Below are positions 54,978 to 64,000 of a stretch of 64,000 nucleotides of DNA, one piece after another; position 1 is the stretch's first letter, and every line of letters begins with the position of its first letter. A program made the translations under genes and the position numbers. The stretch is from Moniliella sp. 'wahieum' (Eukaryota), in the NCBI GenBank assembly GCA_003971905.1, contig RSEE01000001.1, positions 1,488,001 through 1,552,000 of the forward strand. The letters are read 5' to 3'. Under the pieces are notes generated by a model. The model saw only the letters and a program-made list of their open reading frames with translations, was not told the origin of the DNA and searched no databases.

Positions 54978-55783
54978 ATGGCGCCCTCCAAGAAGAACCC
55001 CAAGCTCCCGTCCAACCTCAAGGCGGCGTCTTCGGCTAGCAAGAAGCAGGCCAACCCCTGTTCGAGGCTCGCCCTCGCCACTTTGGCATTGGCCAGAACA
55101 TCCAGCCTGCCCGCGACCTGACCCGCTTCGTCAAGTGGCCCGAGTACATTCGTCTCCAGCGCCAGCGCGTTATCCTCAACTCGCGCTTGAAGGTCCCCCC
55201 TGCGCTTGCCCAGTTCAGCAACACGCTCGACAAGAACACGGCCACTGCCCTGTTCAAGTTGCTCAACAAGTACCGCCCAGAGAGCAAGCAGGAGAAGAAG
55301 GCTCGTCTGGCAGCTGTTGCCGCCGATGTCGCGGCCGGCAAGAAGGCTGACCCTAAGGCCGACGGCAAGAAGCCCCTGTTTGTCAAGTACGGTCTGAACC
55401 ACGCCATTGCTCTGATTGAGGCCAAGAAGGCTTCCCTCGTCGTTCTCGCCGACGATGTGGACCCGATTGAGCTCGTCGTCGCTGTGCCCGCGCTCTGTCG
55501 CAAGATGGGCATTCCTTGGGTCATTGTCAAGGGTGGCAAGGCCCGTCTGGGCCAGGTGGTCCACAAGAAGACCGCGGCTATTGCTGTGGTTCAGGACGTG
55601 CGCGCTGAGGACCAGCGCGAACTCGCCAACCTCGTCGCGGCTGCCAAGGCCAACTACGTTGACAAGTACGAGGAGTCCCGCCGCCACTGGGGCGGTGGTG
55701 TCCGTGGCAACAAGTCGGCCGACAAGCTCCGCAAGCGTGCCAAGGCCGCTGGCACCACGGTTGCTGCCCTCGAGAACAACTAA
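54978..55783 (+). CDS. RPL8: 60S ribosomal protein L8 (eL8/L7a)
   Basis: [61 protein letters not shown]; one indel near 55058; no intron seen. Confidence 0.98.
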
Positions 55784-56199
55784 GGTGTTGTCTTTGCCCT
55801 CTCGTAAGGACTTGTGTTCGGCAAGAGCATCCCCATTCGGTATGGGATCGTAGTCGGTTGCACGTCCTTGTTATGCCCGCATCTTTCGATGCATTCAAAA
55901 ATGGATATGTTCCAGCTCCATGCCCGTATGCGCCGTCGTCGCGCCATCACCATTGGCGCGCGTAAGATGTAACATGTAACATCCCTCATAGCTGCTTGTG
56001 GAAGTAGCTTTTTGAATGTTCTGCGCACGATGACCGCGGGAGGGAACGCTTTTGGTAGCACGTGGGTGGTCCCTTGACCAGGTGTGTCACATGTCAATGA
56101 TCAATACAGCAGCCACGGGTGACATGCCGAGACAGACAACCTTTTATATAGTACGAGGAAGTGCTATCGGATGATATTCATAGTCCCTTCGCAGCCTCT

Positions 56200-57280
56200 C
56201 CGCTTGCATCTGTTGGGGTGGTAGTGTTAGGCCTCCCCTGCACCCCTCAGTGAATCGGTGACGCTCTCGCTTAGCCGGTCGAAAGAGTTCCGAAGGATTT
56301 CCGCTCGCAGGGCGCGCGCGCCCTGCTCGCTCCATCTCCCTTCTCTCTCACCTGCCTTCTTTCCTTCAGATGCTTGTAGACTTGTGGCCACCCCTTTGCC
56401 TTCACGCCTGCAGTGTCTGAAGGCTGCTTTGCAGCTCATTATAGGACCTCGAGTGCTCCCAAGTCGCACTCTATAGCAGCTTCGTCTGCTTCGCTCTGTC
56501 AACATCTACGTATACGCAGCCTTGCCACGCGTGCAGCCGCCTCGGCTTCACGCCCAAAGGCTTCTCCTCGCTCGGATAGCCCAGGCTCGAAACTACCGTG
56601 AGCCGTCTTTCACGTAAGGGACTGTACCCCACCAACCTGAGTGAGCCCCCTGGCAGGGCCCGCCTGCGACAGGGTCGTCGTAATTCACGGTACATGGATC
56701 GAGCCCGCCACCTCTGGACCATCGATCATCCTTACTCCATCCTTCCACCAATCCACTTTGTCCTCCCCTCTCTTCTTGTCCTCCCCCCTCTTCTTGTCCT
56801 TCCCCCCCCACCTTATTTTTGTCGCAAAGACCCCAATTGCTTTCCACATCTCCTCCTTGCTCCACCGCTCCGCGGCAGTCTTGTAGCCAGGTCGACGGCC
56901 GTGGGGGCACAAACGTGGGAGTGGATTGCAGGGGCACCGTGTGCCAGTGTGGTCGTTGGTGCCGCAATGGGGGCTCCGACGGTGAGTACGGGTAGGGGGC
57001 ATTTGAAGTGGGTGGAGGGACGCGTCGACGCGACTCTGTCATATGCCCGATAGTCGGCGCAGCCAGCCCCGTCACGTGCAGGTGGGGGAGCAGTAGGGTT
57101 GCAACTTTTTGGTGGGTCCTGCCATATGGTAATAGAAGATGCTTAACTTTAGTTAGACTGTGTTCAACGTGCTCAACGTGCTCAAAGTGCTCACCGTTGA
57201 TCCTGCAGCTGCTCCTCTCAGTCGATAGAGTACATTGTGGGTACGTTTCCCTGGCCAAGAGGCGAAATCATGAGGTCCAT
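56200..57280 (-). CDS. Orphan family copy F (hypothetical, fragmented)
   Basis: Shares cgcagccttgcc, tgcagccgcctc and aactaccgtgag in order with 17052-17160; TATAA..CACAATGG start context similar to copy A. Confidence 0.5.
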
Positions 57281-57547
57281 TGTGAAGAGTTATAAAAGAC
57301 TGAGAGAAAGAGAGGGAAGATGGCGGTGCTATTCAAGGAGAGGATGAGGCCATTATTAGGGGAAGATCGTATAGGGAGTGTGGTAGACAGCTAGAGCGAT
57401 AGGAGACAAGGGGGCCCAATGTGCCAGGGTCGCTATGCATGATGCATGACTAATGGTTGCTACAAATTCAGGGATCGATTCCCCAATCGACTCGAGCCAT
57501 CATTTTCCTGATCATTTCCCAACTGTAGTATACTTCGGCGTCTTCTT

Positions 57548-57900
57548 TTCATCCTCTTCGGCATCCATATCATTGACAGAGCTTAAGGCTGGGACAGGGG
57601 GAACGCTACGTCTAAACCGAACCGTTCATCTTGCGGGGGTTACTTGGAAAAGCCAACAAGATTAAGGCACCAGGGGAATCGCCAGGATATCAGGACCCTC
57701 CGGTGGTCGCCATCCGGTCCCGTACCTTAGGAAGCGCGTGTGGACACGGACGAACGTGGTAGACATCTGAGCGAGGAACCGTTTCCATTGAGACTCTCAG
57801 TAGCCAAATCCTTCCAATGCGTAAATATCTTGCCCGCTGTCTTGGTACCGTAGTATCCTCGCGTCTTGTCAAAACCAGAGGGGGAAGAACGTCCTCTCTT
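57548..57900 (-). pseudogene. Orphan family copy C (3' part plus 3' flank)
   Basis: Reverse complement aligns throughout with 44727-45133; HWKDL..QMSTTFVRVH..PEGPDILAIPLVP* (stop 57662). Confidence 0.7.
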
Positions 57901-58623
57901 CTATCAAGAAACCTTATAGGCGTTACCAAGAAACTATAATGCCACCAAAAACTTGCTATCAAGAAGGCCAAAAAAGGTATAAGTTGAGGGGATATTGGTT
58001 CGTGGCAAAAGCAAAGGCAAAGCAAAAAGGCATGTTATTGGACCCAGGCTCATCATCCGCACCAGTACGTCCCCATGACTAATAGCGTCATCGGACGTGC
58101 ATTGAAGACCAGGGCCGGGGAGAGGAGGAGAGCCCGGGAGAAGCCAACATCGCTATACATACAAAGGTCAAATTAGCGCCAGGAGCTTATACGAAGCTAT
58201 TATATCTCTGACTGTGTTTCCTCTCCACCTTGCCCAGTATAAAAACAATCTTCCGTAGCGTAACGCGTAAAGCGTACCACGTTGAGTTTGACCTTGATAT
58301 GTATGGAAGCCCAGTCCTGTGTATCCTCTCGGTTAAACGCGTTCGACGTTAAACCGAAACGTTAACGCGTAACGCGAAACCATGTGCTCTCACCTGTATT
58401 AGGGTTATCCGTGTGATCTCCTTGGGCCTCGGCCTCAGGGCCTCAGGTCCCTCAGGGATCGTCCTGCAAGCTGCAAGTGCATGCCTTGCGCGGATTATTA
58501 GCCCGATTCGTTCACAAACGCTTGCCGAGCGAGTGTGGTGGTGCATGGTGTGCATGGTGCAGCGCGTCTCCTCTTCCTATAGCCTGCAGATTCTTTTGGC
58601 GGATGTTCTTCGGTGCGTGCATG

Positions 58624-58874
58624 TGTTGACTGTGATCCTCTGGCTCCCAGTCGGTAGACCAGGTTCGCCTCGGTTCCATCGGCTTCCACGCTGGCGTCCT
58701 GCGTGTCACTGTCCCTGTGCCCTGCACTCTCTCCTGTGACTCACTGTCCCTGTGCCTAGTCCAGCCTCCTATATAGATGCCTCTGTACCCAGACCCAACT
58801 CTGGCTCCAATCCATCACCTTCTCCTCATCCTTCTGCCCGTCCGGCTCCCTAGGCCAACAGAGCTACAATCTGA
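58624..58874 (+). repeat. LTR-like repeat 1
   Basis: tgttgactgtgatcc...ctatatag...ggccaacagagctacaatctga. Confidence 0.9.
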
Positions 58875-59485
58875 TCCCCCGGAAGGGGAGCGCTCTTCAA
58901 GCAAGCCCACCCCCAAGCCTACAAGCCCAAGCTAAGCCGCCTGCCAATTCATCCGGGGCACCTGGGGAAAGGATGGGGGGGGTGGTCACCCAACTTCTTC
59001 CACTCCTCTTTTTCAACAACAAAGAGAACCCAAACAGATCAAGACGGTTGACGCATAGCGCCCGTTCATTTCCCATGCCCAATGGACCCCACTGGCACCA
59101 GGCATGCGGAACCAAACAACTACCAAACGCATCCAATTTTGATGCCAAACGACCTTGGACCGCATTTACTCCAAGTTTCCAATTTTCTTTCACTACACTA
59201 TAACTGGTGCTTTTACTTTTGCCCACCAAATCGCTTCGGGGCGCAACCCCTACTACTTTTACTTCTAAGACTTCTACAAGCATCTGGCGGTCGCACAATA
59301 CACCAACCACAAGCGCTCGGCTCGTTCAGGTGTCATCCTGGACAGCGGGGGTGTAGGCCAGTCGTGTGGCCATGCACAACTCCAGGCCATTCGTCCCGGT
59401 TGCCACTCAAGTCCTCCCCTCTCTACATCCACTGGCAGGAGCTCATCCCACAACCGATGTCTCCGGGTTCCCTGGCCAGCGGGGG

Positions 59486-59738
59486 TGTTGACTGTGATCC
59501 TCTGGCTCCCAGTCGGTAGACCAGGTCGCCTCGGTTCCATCGGCTTCCACGCTGACGTCCCTGCGTGTCACTGTCCCTGTGCCCTGCACTCTCTCCTGTG
59601 TGACTCACTGTCCCTGTGCCTAGTCCAGCCTCCTATATAGATGCCTCTGTACCCAGACCCAACTCTGGCTCCAATCCATCACCTTCTCCTCATCCTTCTG
59701 CCCGTCCGGCTCCCTAGGCCAACAGAGCTACAATCTGA
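59486..59738 (+). repeat. LTR-like repeat 2 (shared)
   Basis: Near-identical to repeat 1. Confidence 0.9.
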
Positions 59739-59845
59739 TCCCCCGGAAGGGGAGCGCTCTTCAAGCAAGCCCACCCCCAAGCCTACAAGCCCAAGCTAAG
59801 CCGCCAAGCCCACAAGACACACCCGTCCTCCCGCCCAACAACACC

Positions 59846-59921
59846 ACCGCCACAATCGGCACCTTACCGCCACAATCGGCATACTACCGCCACAATCGGC
59901 ATACTACCGCCACAATCGGCA
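59846..59921. repeat. 20-bp minisatellite x4 inside the long internal region
   Basis: accgccacaatcggca core at 59846, 59866, 59886, 59906. Confidence 0.95.
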
Positions 59922-60635
59922 CACTCGTCCCCCACAGATGGGGCAATGATTTTAGGGACAACACACGACGGAACAAAACGTGTCGGGTATCGTCAACGAG
60001 ACGAAATTCCTCCAACGACAAAACGGCGCAGGCGAATCGCAGAAAGCGGGGGTGGCTGCTCATCAAGTGCCCCCCCACGGCTACACGCCCCGGATTGCCA
60101 ATTCATCCGGGGCACCTGGGGAAAGGATGGGGGGGGGTGGTCACCCAACTTCTTCCACTCCTCTTTTTCAACAACAAAGAGAACCCAAACAGATCAAGAC
60201 GGTTGACGCATAGCGCCCGTTCATTTCCCATGCCCAATGGACCCCCTGGCACCAGGCATGCGGAACCAAACAACTACCAAACGCATCCAATTTTGATGCC
60301 AAACGACCTTGGACCGCATTACTCCCAAGTTTCCAATTTTCTTCACTACACCTATAACTGGTGCTTTTTACTTTTGCCCACCAAATCGCTTCGGGGCGCA
60401 ACCCCTACTACTTTACTTCTAAGACTTCTACAAGCATCTGGCGGTCGCACAATACACCAACCACAAGCGCTCGGCTCGTTCAGGGTCATCCTGGACAGCG
60501 GGGGGTAGGCCAGTCGTGTGGCCATGCACAACTCCAGGCCATTCGTCCCGGTTGCCACTCAAGTCCCCCTCTCTACATCCACTGGCAGGAGCTCATCCCA
60601 CAACCGATGTCTCCGGGTTCCCTGGCCAGCGGGGG

Positions 60636-60886
60636 TGTTGACTGTGATCCTCTGGCTCCCAGTCGGTAGACCAGGTTCGCCTCGGTTCCATCGGCTCCAC
60701 GCTGACGTCCCTGCGTGTCACGGTCCCTGTGCCCTGCACTCTCTCCTGTGTGACTCACTGTCCCTGTGCCTAGTCCAGCCTCCTATATAGATGCCTCTGT
60801 ACCCAGACCCAACTCTGGCTCCAATCCATCACCTTCTCCTCATCCTTCTGCCCTCCGGTCCCTAGGCCAACAGAGTTACAATCTGA
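60636..60886 (+). repeat. LTR-like repeat 3
   Basis: Near-identical to repeats 1 and 2; followed by catg. Confidence 0.9.
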
Positions 60887-62269
60887 CATGGTTTTAAGAG
60901 AAGTGACAGCATGTGAGTACGGCATGTGACATGTGATACGGGACAGTCACGTGCGCCATCAAGGGATCCCACGTTCTACGACCCAGCGGAGCCAGGCGCA
61001 TCAAATATGCAAGGGACTAACAACGCCCAGGGCACTGCTCGTGTCGTGTCCATCACCGGCATCGCCTCGGACTCACCCGGGGGGAGGAGGCCGGAGGCTT
61101 GAGGGACAGTTCAGGCGCTCAGGCGCTCAGGCGAAACCCCGAGGGGACGGACAGCCGCAAGGAGATGGGCGGCTGACGTAATGGGACCGGCACCAGGCCA
61201 GCCTAAGACTTTGGCAAGCCGTGGGCGCCAGGACGGCGGCGCAGAGGCACGGGGCCGCAGGGGGGCCGGCAGGGCAGTACACAGCACGGCTGGCACGGCG
61301 CAGCAGCTGCTGGGCTTGGCGCCAAGCCCAGCAGCCAATGCCACAGCTGCCCAATCACATGCACGCCCAGCCCACCCTTCCCGCCGCCAGTCGTCCACCC
61401 TTGCCAGCGCCCTGGGTGCGGTCGCCGCTCCCACCCCCGCCCCCACCACCACCCTCTCCGCTCGCTGCTCCCTGTCCCCCCGCGCGCCCCCGCCCGGCCT
61501 CCTCGGTCCTCCTTGCGCCCATGCCCCGCCGCGCGTCTCTTCGGCCATCTGCGGCCGCAGCCATCGCCGCCTTCCTCGTCGCCCTCGCCCCCCCCCAGCC
61601 CCAAGGACCTGCATCGCTCCTCGTCCCCCTCCTCCCCCCCGACAAGCGCACCAGCTTTTGTGGGGCAGCAGTACCAGCGACCGCGCTAAGCCTCGTCTGG
61701 CGCCTACCACCAGCGCATCAAGGCCTCGATGACCTACGTTGCCCCGCTCCCCTTTGGCCGCCCACGTGCTCGGTACCGACGAGGGCAGCAAGGCCCTGTC
61801 CTCCTCTCACTCGGCCAAGGCCAACTCTTCCCGCTCCCGTTCCAAGACGCGCCGCTCCAACTCTCCCAAGAGCGCCTCGGGCCGCCCCGCCCCCACCTCG
61901 TCCGAGGTGCCCGCCAACCCCTTTTCTCTCAATTGGCCTAGGCCTTGCTTGCCTCGACGCTCCCCTCGTCTTCTTCTTCCCCTGTCCCCACCCACCACCC
62001 TTCCCAAGGCAGGACACGTCCCCACATCTCCTCAGCCCGGTCCAGCACCTCGTTCAAGCCATCTCCGCTTGAAACGAGACAACCTTGGCGCTTCTCAGAT
62101 CTCAACCGGCGCGCTTGTCTCGTGCTTGACTCGTGACCGGTGTCCCCCACCGACCATTCGCTTGGCCTTTGGAAGATCCCCCTCTGCAGCGCACACCTTT
62201 CCTTACTTACCCAGCTATTCTCTTACCCACCCTCTGTACACTATATTCGAGCCACGTACTCTTTCATCA

Positions 62270-63290
62270 ATGTTTGAATGGTGTGATGCAGGTGAGGGAT
62301 CGGGTTGAGGCGATGTGTTCGCTCTCAACGCGAGCGGAATGAAAGGAGGCAAGAGCTGGATGGACAGAGCGGGACTCGCCTTGTCTCCCAGCTGTTTTTC
62401 GTGATGCGGAGCGCAGTCACTCTAGCCACTAGTCTTGGAGCAGGTTGGTACATGCACTCTTTGCCTTTATCGAAAGCATATTGTACTCCGCATCACACTG
62501 CCCCAGGGCAAGTGAGGCTTGAGCGGGCCAACCCTGGGGGAACTTAAGCAAACAAAGGGCGGCGAAGTCGATCCACGGTGTCAATCATCGCCCCGTAGCA
62601 GGCAGTCGAGTGCGCGTGTCACAATGGATAGCATCATTGTGCGGATCAAAATCGCTGTAGAGCGTATGCTGCTACATATCAATCGTCCTGCCTGCCCTTT
62701 GGTCTGCAGAACAGAGATCAGGGATGAAGAGCTGGGGTGAGTACAGTATTGTGGGGTAGCCAGATTAATTGCATCGCTCGTCCATCTCCTGTTGGGAAGA
62801 AAGTATGACTTGGTAGCTCCCAGATTCGGAATCGGAAGAGGAATCGGAAGAGGAAGAGGAGGAGGAGGAGGAGAAGACCAACGAGGATGAAGGTGCGAAA
62901 GCGCGATACTTCAGCCAAAAACAGTTTGCCTGCCGTGGGGGTTATCATCCTACGCACTTCTTCCGACTCTTGGAGATTACCGAGAACACCGAGATCGAGC
63001 TGGAGGTACGAGAAGCACCAAGTACGAGCTTTCCCGTCCGGCAGAACGGAACGAGATGACGCCCACACAAAGTCAAAGATGGCGAGCACAGAGGGGTAGA
63101 GCAACAGATGAAAAGGAATACAGGTTTACGAATTTCATGACCAAGCCCAATCAGGAGACCCGCCATTCTCGCGTGAAGAAAAGCGCATGCGGTTCGAGCG
63201 AAGTCCAAAGTAGCACCATTCCTTACCGGCCAACATCCACAACAGCAGAGAGAACGCCGTCTAGGGCCGTGATGGAGGTGACAGGGTGAC
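62270..63290 (+). CDS. Orphan family candidate copy G (hypothetical, with acidic insert)
   Basis: CRG..FRLLE, RAFPSG..SKMASTE, R*KG appear in the same order as copy B CRG..LRLLE, RFPPG..TKIAGKE, RWKD; probable intron from GTGAGT at 62737. Confidence 0.35.
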
Positions 63291-63492
63291 AGCAGTAATA
63301 TCTTCAGTCGCGACATCAAAAAGCTGCGACTTTGTTTCCAGCGATTCGTTCTATGGTACATCGCGTTGTGCATGCAGTGACCCCCCCCCCCCCCCCCCCC
63401 TTCAGGGGGAACGGACATCATTGTTGTCCTATGGCTGAAGTACACAGAATGCGTTGATGGCATAACATTGTACCAGTTTGGAAGGCAGTCGA

Positions 63493-64000
63493 CTAGTAGT
63501 CGTAGAAGCCCTGTTTGAATAGTCCAACATATAGTCAGCATCCGCAGCGCCCAGCACAAGAGACGAACGAACCTTGCCACTCTTTTTTCCGAGCCAACCG
63601 GCATTAACCATGCGGCCCAAGAGAATGGAAGGGCGGTACTTGGAATCGGCAGTTTCGGCATACAGTGTTTGCATGATATACAGGCAAGTGTCCAGACCGA
63701 TAAAGTCGGCCAACTGGAGAGGACCCATAGGATGGCCATGCCAAGCTTGAGGCAGGTATCAATACCTCCTTGCTGCTCACTCCAGTCTCGAGCGCAATGA
63801 TGGCCTCGTTAATGAACGGCATCAGTAGTCGGTTCGAAACAAAGCCAGGGACATCTTTGGACTGGGTGACTGTCTTGCCGCAAGCTTCGGCAAATGCCTT
63901 GGCACGAGCCAAAACTTCCTCCGACGTTTGCAACGCCGGAATGAGCTCCACCAATTTCATCACCGGCACCGGATTGAAAAAGTGGAGACCCACTACACGC
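63493..64000 (-). CDS. 3-hydroxybutyryl-CoA / 3-hydroxyacyl-CoA dehydrogenase, 3' part
   Basis: [47 protein letters not shown](63511-63572)-GFYDY*. Confidence 0.95.

Larger units (their letters stand above)
58624..60886 (+). mobile_element. Tandem non-autonomous LTR element (TRIM-like): LTR-internal-LTR-internal-LTR
   Basis: Three near-identical 251-253-bp repeats, two homologous internal regions, G-run before LTR2 and LTR3, CATG on both flanks, no gag/pol ORF; orientation inferred. Confidence 0.8.

Noticed and set aside
59330..59485. Chromodomain remnant (VILDS..LYIHWQ) before the PPT
   Set aside because: Too weak; lacks the rest of the motif
59846..59921. CRISPR-like array
   Set aside because: Head-to-tail 20-bp units with no unique spacers, eukaryotic context, no cas genes; the same applies to 54305-54356
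58624..60886. Retrozyme (ribozyme-bearing LTR element)
   Set aside because: Size and 4-bp TSD would fit, but I found no hammerhead core (CTGANGA..GAAA) on either strand of the LTR and no convincing HDV or twister motif; an Infernal scan would settle it
63429..63572. Cryptic PTS1 (SRL/SKL) via intron retention in the dehydrogenase
   Set aside because: SKL is not followed by a stop in that frame

Overview
GC-rich eukaryotic DNA from an intron-poor fungus. The gene content and GT(A/G)NGY...CTRAC...YAG introns suggest a basidiomycete, most likely Ustilaginomycotina (inference). Nearly every gene, including 14-3-3 and RPL8, carries 1-bp indels, so the assembly looks like unpolished long-read sequence and many CDS ends are approximate. 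Recognisable genes: FMP42-like MFS transporter, FUR1, 14-3-3, STE23/insulysin, a BTB + CAP-Gly protein, WWM1, GAD1, a KH-domain protein, a PGA1-like protein, UBE2W, choline oxidase (with PTS2), capping protein alpha, SFK1, YPT35, CUB1/UPF0662, RPL8 and a partial 3-hydroxybutyryl-CoA dehydrogenase. There are also two intron-containing tRNA-Gly genes. Three things are not explained by this annotation. (1) Many short intergenic tandem arrays share one rule (a triplet, mostly TCA/TAA, plus a 4-bp palindrome; 7-bp period) but use many different palindromes. (2) An unrecognised, highly diverged gene family has about 7 dispersed copies in the gaps between housekeeping genes. (3) A non-coding, three-LTR tandem TRIM-like element has a candidate 4-bp TSD and atypical ends.
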